A DNA stretch of 64,000 bases, taken from NCBI GenBank assembly GCA_024644875.1, contig JAHEGY010000006.1, forward strand, positions 11,439-75,438, given 5' to 3'. Shown here piece by piece: positions 9,793 to 17,954 of this stretch. Made by a program: the position numbers and the translations under genes. The notes under the pieces were generated by a model. It was given only the letters and a program-made list of their open reading frames with translations, ran no database searches and was not told the DNA's origin. How positions within the stretch are numbered: the stretch's first letter is position 1; each line of letters begins with the position of its first letter. The stretch is from Cyclobacteriaceae bacterium. Lineage in GTDB: Bacteria > Bacteroidota > Bacteroidia > Cytophagales > Cyclobacteriaceae.

Positions 9793-10493
9793 TTGTTCAA
9801 TACCCTTGCTATATGTTTGAGCCCAAAGCTAATCTTATCATTTCTATTAGTTGCCGTTATACCTTACAATAAGATAATTGGTCAAACTGCCGGACCGAGT
9901 AGCCCTGGTACTGCATCAAATATCGGTGTGACGAAGCCATGGTCAAATCTAACTAATGTCATATTAAGCAACAATACCTACGCATCAGTATCCGTAAATA
10001 GTGGACAAGTCTCTGATGTACTAATTGTTACAAATTTTGGATTTACCATTCCTACAAGTGCGACAATAGATGGTGTTGCTGTAGAAATAGAGAAGTATGG
10101 ATCTCGGACAGTGTTTTTCATTCCTATTAGATATATTAGAGATAATACAATTAGTTTAACAACAGACGGTACTATTCCTACCGGTGACAATAAGGCCACA
10201 GCCACATCATGGTCCAGTATGAAGAAACCGGCCCCATGATGAAGACTTATCCAAACCCTGTAGTAAACCAAGAAGTAAACCTCATCGTTAACCCGGACCT
10301 GTTAAAAGGAGAAAATAATAATACCTACATGATCATAAGAAGCATCACAGGAGAAATTATCTATCAACAAAATATCCCTCTCGAAAATCTGGATAAAAAG
10401 ATTTCACTGAACAGGCGATTTGCCAGCGGAGTATACATTATTGAAGTTTACTCTCCATATGGAAATACATCTGAAAAACTTGTAGTGAATTAA
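9793..10493 (+). pseudogene. Frameshifted T9SS-secreted protein (signal peptide plus unknown domain plus Por C-terminal sorting domain)
   Basis: ORF 9793-10239 carries the signal peptide. ORF 10209-10493, in another frame, carries a T9SS CTD (KTYPNPVVNQEVNLIV...GVYIIEVYSPYGNTSEKLVVN). The second frame is open only from 10194, so a 1-nt shift must lie within 10194-10239. One extra A in the A-run at 10225-10227 joins the two frames. Confidence 0.7.
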
Positions 10494-10727
10494 GTTCTGT
10501 TTCTGAAATCCGTTGACATCATCTAAAAGATCAGGATTAAGTTAAAGCTATATCAACAAGATAAGAATGTTAATATATACTTCTGAGTAATCACTCATAT
10601 TACTTGTCCATCCGAGATAATCAGTAGTATGGATCAGAACAGAATTCTGCCTAAGAACCTAATTCTGCATCTGAAATTATTGAAATGAAAAAGTACACCT
10701 GGGAAATACCTGGCACACCTGAAAATA

Positions 10728-11780
10728 TTAAATTCCTAAAATCTTCTTGTTGGTTTCATCATCAGATCCAGCGGAAGCAAAATCGTCAAATGTCTTCTTA
10801 GTCTTTCGGATCATATAATCTTTCACGAACTCAGCTCCTTCCCGGGCTCCATCTTCCGGATTTTTGAGACAACATTCCCATTCGACCACCGCCCAGCCAT
10901 CATAATCATATTGTGCCAGCTTTGAGAAAATGTCATTGAAATCAACCTGGCCATCACCCAGGGACCTGAACCGTCCGGGTCGTTCAACCCAATCCTGATA
11001 TCCGCCATAAACACCAGATTTAGCCGTTGGATTAAATTCAGCATCCTTTACATGGAACATTTTGATAAATTCATGGTAGAGATCAATATGCTGTATATAA
11101 TCTAACTGTTGTAACACAAAATGACTCGGATCATATAACATATTCACCCTTGGATGATTTTCTGTGGCTTCAAGAAACCTTTCAAAGGTTATACCATCAT
11201 GTAAGTCCTCTCCCGGATGGATCTCATAGCAAAGGTCAACCCCGCATTCATCATACTTATTCAATATTGGTTCCCACCTTTTAGCGAGTTCTTTAAATCC
11301 AGTCTCAACCAACCCCGGAGGCCTTTGTGGCCAGGGATACATATAGGGCCATAATAAGGCACCCGAAAAAGTGACTACCGCATTCAGCTCCAGGTTCCTG
11401 CTGGCTTCAGCCGCATACATCATCTGTTCAACAGCCCATGCTGTTCTCTTCTTGGGATTTTTATGGTATTCAGGCGGGGCGAATCCGTCGAACATAATAT
11501 CATAGGCGGGATGAACCGCAACCAACTGACCTTGGAGGTGGGTGCCTAGTTCAGTCACTTCAAGGCCGGTACTTTCTACAGTGCCTTTTATTTCATCGGC
11601 GTAGTCTTTACTTTCAGCAAGTTTTTTAAGATCAACACATCTTCCATCCCATGCCGGTAACTGAACGCCAACATATCCGAGTCCGGCCATGTATCTGCAT
11701 ATGTTCTCAAGACTATTATACGGCCGATCATCCCCCATAAATTGTGCGAGATATATTCCTGGTCCTTTCATTTTGTTCAA
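10728..11780 (-). CDS. Xylose-isomerase-like TIM-barrel protein (sugar phosphate isomerase/epimerase family), cytoplasmic
   Basis: 350 aa with no signal peptide. It resembles this family by eye (YEIHPGED, FHVKDA). It lies 9 bp downstream of the Gfo/Idh/MocA gene, which suggests an operon. Confidence 0.75.
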   Translation of the reverse strand: MNKMKGPGIYLAQFMGDDRPYNSLENICRYMAGLGYVGVQLPAWDGRCVDLKKLAESKDYADEIKGTVESTGLEVTELGTHLQGQLVAVHPAYDIMFDGFAPPEYHKNPKKRTAWAVEQMMYAAEASRNLELNAVVTFSGALLWPYMYPWPQRPPGLVETGFKELAKRWEPILNKYDECGVDLCYEIHPGEDLHDGITFERFLEATENHPRVNMLYDPSHFVLQQLDYIQHIDLYHEFIKMFHVKDAEFNPTAKSGVYGGYQDWVERPGRFRSLGDGQVDFNDIFSKLAQYDYDGWAVVEWECCLKNPEDGAREGAEFVKDYMIRKTKKTFDDFASAGSDDETNKKILGI

Positions 11781-11789
11781 TATTTTTGG

Positions 11790-12941
11790 TTATAATTTAA
11801 TCCATTCAGCATTTCTCTCTCCTGATTCAATAACGGCATCGATGAAACGCATTCCTCTAACTCCGTCATGAACGGTTGGAAAATCGAGATATTCCGGAGC
11901 AGGCTCCGAATCATCAAGTTTAGCTTGTACAACTTTGGCAAAGTTCCGATAAATATTGCCAAAGGCTTCAAGATAACCTTCCGGATGACCAGCAGGTGTT
12001 CGGGAATGAGCCTGAGCCATATTACCCATATAACCGGTTCCGGTCCGATATACTTCCATGGGTTTATCCAGCCATTTAACATACATGGTATTAGGATCAT
12101 GCTGATGCCACTGTATCCCTCCTTTTTCGCCATATACCCTGATATTTACGGGATTTTCTTCACCGGCACTTACCTGACTAACATGCAATACCCCTTTGGC
12201 TCCATTATCAAATCGAATTAAAACATTTGCGTCATCATCTAATTGTCGACCTTCAACAAATGTTGTAACATCGGCGCATAACTCAACAATCTTTAATCCA
12301 GTTATAGTCTCCGCCAGATTCTCTGCATGGGTTCCAATATCACCAACCGATCCGGCCTTTCCTGATTTTTTAGGGTCTGTTCTCCACGAAGCCTGCTGCT
12401 GACCGGTAGTTTCCAGTGGTGTTGAAAGCCATCCCTGAGGATATTCAACCACTACCTTCCTGATTTTTCCAAATACACCCGACTGGATCATTTCCCGGGC
12501 TTGTTTAATCATAGGGTAACCCGTGTAAGTATGGGTTAGCGCAAATATCAACCCTGATTCTTCAACAAGTTTCTCAAGAACGAGGGCTTCTTCATATGAA
12601 TAAGTCATCGGCTTTTCACAAACTACATGAAACCCATGTTCCAGGGCTAACTTTGCAGGTTCAAAATGCACATGGTTCGGGGTTACAATACTTACAAAAT
12701 CAATTCGTTCGTCATCAGGAAGTTTACTTTCTTTTTCGATCATTTCCTGGTATGTTCCGTAGGTACGATCCGGACTTAGATACAGGTCCTGGCCGGAAAG
12801 AATGGCAATTTCAGGATTTACATCTAGGGCACCCGCAACGAATTCAATCTGACCATCTATTCCGGCAGCCATTCGATGAACAGCTCCTATAAATGCACCT
12901 CTTCCACCCCCAATCATACCCATTTTTATCTTTCTAGTCAT
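11790..12941 (-). CDS. Gfo/Idh/MocA-family oxidoreductase, cytoplasmic
   Basis: Rossmann start KMGMIGGGRGAFIG and EKP motif VVCEKPMT. No signal peptide. Confidence 0.9.
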   Translation of the reverse strand: MTRKIKMGMIGGGRGAFIGAVHRMAAGIDGQIEFVAGALDVNPEIAILSGQDLYLSPDRTYGTYQEMIEKESKLPDDERIDFVSIVTPNHVHFEPAKLALEHGFHVVCEKPMTYSYEEALVLEKLVEESGLIFALTHTYTGYPMIKQAREMIQSGVFGKIRKVVVEYPQGWLSTPLETTGQQQASWRTDPKKSGKAGSVGDIGTHAENLAETITGLKIVELCADVTTFVEGRQLDDDANVLIRFDNGAKGVLHVSQVSAGEENPVNIRVYGEKGGIQWHQHDPNTMYVKWLDKPMEVYRTGTGYMGNMAQAHSRTPAGHPEGYLEAFGNIYRNFAKVVQAKLDDSEPAPEYLDFPTVHDGVRGMRFIDAVIESGERNAEWIKL

Positions 12942-13028
12942 AAGAATAATTTGGATTTAAATGTATATAATATGTTAAGTTTAAAAAGTTCCATCATGGT
13001 ATGAAACAGTAAAAGACACAATAAAATT

Positions 13029-13041
13029 ATTGATTATCAAT
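13029..13041. promoter_or_regulatory. 13-bp palindrome upstream of the oxidoreductase/TIM-barrel operon (candidate operator)
   Basis: ATTGAT-T-ATCAAT at 13029-13041, about 90 bp upstream of the start at 12941. Confidence 0.2.
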
Positions 13042-13150
13042 TATAAGGATAATTAAGGAAATTTATAAATAAATTCTGATTTATCCTGATAGGTTTGGTT
13101 GGAAAATCCTCTCAGATATCTAAGGATAAACCGGTTAGTATAGTACCGAT

Positions 13151-15574
13151 CTACATCCTGGATTTCTTAAGTCTTGTTAACATTAAATAATCGAGGTAAT
13201 ACAGTACCTTAAATGAAATACTGTTATCCCTGGGTGCATCAAATGAATTCACAAAATTATTTGGATAATTATAGTCGACTATATCGTTGTTGTTCAACGC
13301 ACTGCTTTTCCATACAATACTGAATTCACTGGCGGGAGAAAAGATCCACCTGTATACCATATCTACATTAAACGCATTATAATTAACATCATGAGAAGAA
13401 TTATAGTCTGTTGGCCCAAGTCGTCCATTTTCCTCTAATTTCAAATATTCATTATATTGTGCGCTGGACCAATAATGCCTCATCCTTAAGTAGATATCCA
13501 TATCTTTAGTAAAAGAAAATTTGGTTGTAAACACATTCGTTATCGTCCTGATATCTCGAACACCAAAATTTATCTCGTCTTCATCGGAATAAACATATCC
13601 TACACTATTACTGCTATTCCTCCCGGTTATGCTGGTAGATAAGGATAATCTATCATTTACTCTCACCCTTGGAGCAAGGCTGACTGACATAGAATTTCGT
13701 TGAGCTTCTGAAGTCAGTGCATAGTATGCCCAACCTGAAATCCTGAATCTTTTCCGGGAATCCGTATACATTGAAATCCCTGTGCTGTGATATGTTGGAT
13801 AAAGGACAAAACGGCCGAATGTTCGTGTTTCATCAAAATTCTTTCGCTCTACCGGAGAGAATTCATACCAGATGCGGGTAGTCAGGAAATTTGTAAAGGT
13901 TGCTCTGACGGAAGACTCAATATTTATCCCAGTAAATACATTCGGATTATATAATCTGCTGTAATTTACCTGTACCTCAGCGTCAAAGTTCAGGAACTTT
14001 GAAAAAGGATCATATTCAACATACTCAAGACTTACAGAAGTACTGTGATCATTCGGAGACCGAATGAATCCCATATCGTTTGGATTATAATTGTCTGATT
14101 CCAGCCTATGCCTCAGGCGGTATAAAAAATTACCACTTGTCTTACCCAGCCAGAAATTAGTATTAAATCCCGTATCATTTCCCTCTTCGGGAAAATCGTA
14201 GCGGTGTGACAGAACTGCTGTCCCTCCCACAGCATAGGTATTGGATTTATCAGCCACCTTGAAATTAGCCGCCGAAACATTAGCATCATAATAAATCCCA
14301 CCACGGGTGACATTTGTATTTGTAAAACTGACAAAGGAGTTGTTTTTTAAGGATTGATCAAGAACGATTACATTGTAGTTTACTAATGGTGCGGTTTGGA
14401 TTTCCCTTTCAACTCCACTGGAATCTTTTACCGTTGCATAGCTTTTGTTAGTAATCGCATTTAGAAAACCAATCCCCAGGCCTGATCTCGTTCTTCCTGT
14501 GATCTTGGTAGCATTTATTATTCTTGATTCAACAGGATTTCGGACAATTTCTTCTCCTTCTCTTAACTGATCTTCAACATTATCGAATCCAATAGGTCTC
14601 CCGCCTATCCTCCTCGAATAAAATATACCAGCTTTATCAAACAATTCTGTCCCTTCTGTGAAGAATTGTCGGCGCTCTTCATTGTATACTTCATAAGGTC
14701 CAAGATTTAATACATTATTGTCTGAAATCACCTGACCGAAATCCGGTATCAGCATCATATTTAATGTAAAGGCATCATTGATCCCATATTGAATATCCAG
14801 GCCTCCCCTTACATTCGTAAAGGTCTGTGATATATTAGTTTCGGGATTGGTGTGGCGGTTTATGTAGGTTGACACATACGGTGTTATAGAAAGCCTGAGT
14901 GGTGTTTTTATTTTTTTGATGCCACTCATATTTCCGAACTGATTCACAAAGCCACTTACTTTTGGATTGATCTCATCCCAGTATACAGATTCGTTATCCC
15001 TTTTAATTATCCTTCTAAAGTTAGTCCCCCAGTGCTGGACTTCTGTATCCGGAAAGCGCAATACAGATAAGGGTATTTCTATTTCGACAAACCATCCTTC
15101 GTCTGTAATGCTGACATCACTATACCAGCCGACATCCCAGTTTCTGTCGAAACTACCTGGACTGATGCGGGCATCGCTTTGAACCCCAGCTGCAGATACA
15201 GAAAATTCATAAGCATTAAGATCATCGTTATAGGTGTCAAAATAAACTGTGAAACGGTCAGAATTACCACCATGATCTCTAGAGGTCAGTTCAGTAAGGA
15301 TCCCATCAGGTCTGTCATCATATAACCAGGCACCTATGTATATATAAGCATCGTTATACAATACAGCAACTTCAGTCTGTTGCGATGGTCGCCCTCCAGG
15401 TTCCGGACTTCTTTGAATAAAGTCAGTGGCTTTGTCTGCAATGGACCAGTAAGACTCCTCCAGAATTCCATCCACATTGATTTGCTTGTCAATACGAATA
15501 GCATTCAAACTCTTTTGAGCAAAGACAGAGTTTGTCAGTTGAACTAAGAATAAAAAAATAATTACAAACCTCAA
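13151..15574 (-). CDS. DUF5916 / CBM9-like domain outer-membrane protein (paralogue of 7558-9756)
   Basis: Signal peptide MRFVIIFLFLVQLTNSVFAQ. The N-terminal architecture matches its paralogue (IDKQINVDGILEESYWSIADKATDFIQRSPEPGG) and shared blocks follow (WDxxW, FRRIIKRDNE, RRQFFTEG). Confidence 0.8.
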   Translation of the reverse strand: MRFVIIFLFLVQLTNSVFAQKSLNAIRIDKQINVDGILEESYWSIADKATDFIQRSPEPGGRPSQQTEVAVLYNDAYIYIGAWLYDDRPDGILTELTSRDHGGNSDRFTVYFDTYNDDLNAYEFSVSAAGVQSDARISPGSFDRNWDVGWYSDVSITDEGWFVEIEIPLSVLRFPDTEVQHWGTNFRRIIKRDNESVYWDEINPKVSGFVNQFGNMSGIKKIKTPLRLSITPYVSTYINRHTNPETNISQTFTNVRGGLDIQYGINDAFTLNMMLIPDFGQVISDNNVLNLGPYEVYNEERRQFFTEGTELFDKAGIFYSRRIGGRPIGFDNVEDQLREGEEIVRNPVESRIINATKITGRTRSGLGIGFLNAITNKSYATVKDSSGVEREIQTAPLVNYNVIVLDQSLKNNSFVSFTNTNVTRGGIYYDANVSAANFKVADKSNTYAVGGTAVLSHRYDFPEEGNDTGFNTNFWLGKTSGNFLYRLRHRLESDNYNPNDMGFIRSPNDHSTSVSLEYVEYDPFSKFLNFDAEVQVNYSRLYNPNVFTGINIESSVRATFTNFLTTRIWYEFSPVERKNFDETRTFGRFVLYPTYHSTGISMYTDSRKRFRISGWAYYALTSEAQRNSMSVSLAPRVRVNDRLSLSTSITGRNSSNSVGYVYSDEDEINFGVRDIRTITNVFTTKFSFTKDMDIYLRMRHYWSSAQYNEYLKLEENGRLGPTDYNSSHDVNYNAFNVDMVYRWIFSPASEFSIVWKSSALNNNDIVDYNYPNNFVNSFDAPRDNSISFKVLYYLDYLMLTRLKKSRM

Positions 15575-15597
15575 ATCTATGTATACACTAAAATTAT

Positions 15598-15644
15598 CGT
15601 TAAGTGTAATTAGTACAATTATAATGATTTATAAACACTTAACG
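15598..15644. promoter_or_regulatory. 10-bp perfect inverted repeat just upstream of the DUF5916 gene start
   Basis: CGTTAAGTGT (15598-15607) and ACACTTAACG (15635-15644) with a 27-nt spacer, 24 bp from the start codon at 15574. It could be a leader hairpin or an operator. Confidence 0.25.
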
Positions 15645-15847
15645 AACAAAAATCGTCTTTATTTTGACCTAAAGCCCTTTTTCGAATATTCTTGTTTGCA
15701 TATTTCAGTTTGAAAATAGTTTACTTGATATTAGAATAATAAAGATATTCTGACCTTTGAATGTTATTAAAAAATTCATATATTATAATTTCTAAGAATG
15801 GAAGGTATTGGTGAATGGATTTTTAACAATTTCAAAATATTAATACC

Positions 15848-16849
15848 ATGATCTCAAAATATATAAAACTAATATTTTTTCTAATTCCGCTGGCTTTGTT
15901 GTTACAGGATTGTCAGCATGGAAAGGTGAAGGTCGGCTTTTTGCTTGATGACTTTTCATCTGAAAGATGGTATCGTGACCGTGATTTGTTTATTGAAAAA
16001 ACAGAAGAACTGGGTGGTAAAATTCTGGTGGATTCGGCCATGGGGGATATCAAAAAACAATTTGAGCAGGCGAAAGCAATGCTTGAAAAAGGAGTTGATG
16101 TTCTTGTCGTTGTTCCGGCTAACAGTGAAGCTGCTGCAGCTATTGTTAAGCTTTCCCACAGATATGAAGTCCCTGTCATTTCATATGACAGGTTAATTAA
16201 GAATTGTGATCTGGATTACTATGTATCTTTTGAAAACACCAGGGTCGGCGAATTAATGTCTGATTATTTAAGTAAGCGATGTCCAGTAGGCAATTATGCC
16301 GTGATCTGCGGTCCGGATTCGGATAATAATTCACGTATGCTAAAACTGGGGCAGACCCAATTTATCCAACCCTTCATTGAAAAGGGCGACATTAAACTGG
16401 TCTTTGAAGAATGCGTTAATGAATGGAGTTCCGAAGAAGGATACCGGTTAATGAAAAAGTGTTTAGCTGCAAATGAAAAAATAGATGCCGTGCTATGTGG
16501 AAATGATGCCCTGGCACAGGGTGCTATTGAGGCTCTCAAAGAAAAGGATCTGGCCGGGCAAGTTCTGGTTTCCGGACAGGATGCCGAGACTGTGGCAATT
16601 CAGAATATAATGGCTGGATATCAGACCATGACTGTCTATAAGCCTATTGAGGCCATTGCAATCACTGCAGCAAATCTGGCAATAAAAGTTGGAAAAGGAG
16701 AACCAATAACTGAAGCCATTCATACTACAAATAATGGCCAGAAAATGGTTCAGTCAATACTTCTTGAAGCTATGGTTGTAAACAGGGATAACATCAATAT
16801 GACAGTAATTGCCGAAGGATATCTTAAAGAACATAATCTGAAACAATAA
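15848..16849 (+). CDS. Periplasmic sugar-binding lipoprotein, XylF-like type I binding-protein fold
   Basis: Lipoprotein signal ...LALLLQDC. The mature part (KVGFLLDDFSSERWYRDRDLF...VVVPANSEAAAAIV...VISYDRLI) resembles ribose/xylose-type ABC substrate-binding proteins. No permease or ATPase gene lies nearby. Confidence 0.7.
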   Translation: MISKYIKLIFFLIPLALLLQDCQHGKVKVGFLLDDFSSERWYRDRDLFIEKTEELGGKILVDSAMGDIKKQFEQAKAMLEKGVDVLVVVPANSEAAAAIVKLSHRYEVPVISYDRLIKNCDLDYYVSFENTRVGELMSDYLSKRCPVGNYAVICGPDSDNNSRMLKLGQTQFIQPFIEKGDIKLVFEECVNEWSSEEGYRLMKKCLAANEKIDAVLCGNDALAQGAIEALKEKDLAGQVLVSGQDAETVAIQNIMAGYQTMTVYKPIEAIAITAANLAIKVGKGEPITEAIHTTNNGQKMVQSILLEAMVVNRDNINMTVIAEGYLKEHNLKQ

Positions 16850-16876
16850 ATAATTATTTTATCTCAAGTATTATCT

Positions 16877-16918
16877 AAAAAGGGCTATATATTTCAAATT
16901 ATATGGCCCTTTTTATTA
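16877..16918 (+). terminator. Intrinsic terminator after the binding-protein gene
   Basis: AAAAAGGGCTATATA ... TATATGGCCCTTTTT: a stem of about 11 bp with one G-U pair, followed by a T-run. Confidence 0.6.
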
Positions 16919-16971
16919 TCTTTTGTTCAATTGTATGAGTTTGCAAACAACACTTGTAAATCAAAATTAAA

Positions 16972-17427
16972 ATGTATCCATCAAAAGTCATTTTTGAACA
17001 AGTCAAATTAATTGATACAGAAATAACTGGTGATCTAGTTCAAAGCTGTTTCAATGAGGTTTACAGTCCACGTCATTCTTTAGAAGAACTTGTTGCTGAA
17101 TTCGAATCCAGGATTCAGTCCCAGATTAATTCTGATCCTCAACATTATCTCATGATTGATTCATTATATGGGATTAAACCACAGAAAGTTTTACTTAAAA
17201 TAGAGGATATTGAGAACTACACGCTTGCATCTGTAATCTCTTCAAAAGGAAAATGTCTGAACATTATTGCGAAAATTGAATATGAGGAAGTTCACCTGGT
17301 TGGTTTTATGGATAATAAATATATGATAGCTAATACCGACATCAATCTTTGGAGTGATTACGCTGAAATTATATATATACCTAATGATGAAGGGTTGACA
17401 ATAAAAAAAATTCAATTACTCGAGTAA
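16972..17427 (+). CDS. Hypothetical protein
   Basis: 151-aa ORF, acidic, with no signal peptide and no recognised motif. It is followed directly by a strong hairpin. Confidence 0.5.
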   Translation: MYPSKVIFEQVKLIDTEITGDLVQSCFNEVYSPRHSLEELVAEFESRIQSQINSDPQHYLMIDSLYGIKPQKVLLKIEDIENYTLASVISSKGKCLNIIAKIEYEEVHLVGFMDNKYMIANTDINLWSDYAEIIYIPNDEGLTIKKIQLLE

Positions 17428-17434
17428 AAAAAGT

Positions 17435-17457
17435 AAATCCCGCCGACGGCGGGATTT
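17435..17457. terminator. GC-rich perfect hairpin (bidirectional-terminator-like)
   Basis: AAATCCCGCC-GAC-GGCGGGATTT: a 10-bp perfect stem with a 3-nt loop. The stronger T-tract (TTTTTTT) follows it on the minus strand. Confidence 0.6.
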
Positions 17458-17816
17458 ACAACCAAGCACTACCCTTTTTGGTTGAATGGTTTTGATGTGG
17501 TGTTATCAAAACCGGTCTGATCGCCCAGCGTAGCTTTTGTTCAACCTCCTCAAAGAGACCAATTATTTATCAAACAAAATAATTAGATTATTCCTCAAAG
17601 TTACCGATGTAATATTTGTTGACTATTTTACATTTTACAGGACAAAAAAATGATGGTTATAAACCATTTTTCCCCGTCAGCGTAATATTAATTAGATGGA
17701 GTTTTATTTGTTGGATTTATTAGTTCTTTATTGACAGTGATTACATCACTGCCTGCTTACTAGCATTTTTGTAGTAAGTGCCAAAAATGGCTTAATGATT
17801 GCCAAAATGGTATTAG

Positions 17817-17857
17817 TCCCGCTTCATGCTCGCCGAAAGCAAGGAAGCGGGATTTTT
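17817..17857 (+). terminator. Long hairpin plus T-tract on the + strand, with no upstream ORF
   Basis: TCCCGCTTC (17817-17825) pairs with GAAGCGGGA (17844-17852), with inner TGC/GCA pairing, then TTTTT at 17853-17857. It lies about 100 bp upstream of the next CDS. Confidence 0.5.
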
Positions 17858-17954
17858 ATTGATGTTTGATTTTGACGAACTTTTAACAAAAAAATTCTCA
17901 TAATTTTAAAATATTTAGAATATTTAGGCCCATTAAGAAGTTAATTAAGGAAAT

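Noticed and set aside
17461-17860. The ORF-free region as a known structured RNA (tmRNA, RNase P RNA, SRP RNA, riboswitch).
   Set aside because: By eye I found no GAGGAAAGTCC-type RNase P core, no tmRNA tag ORF or tRNA-like 3' end, and only a weak resemblance (GCAAGGAAGCGGGA) to the SRP GGAAGCAGCC motif. It is kept only as an unexplained candidate, not as a named RNA.
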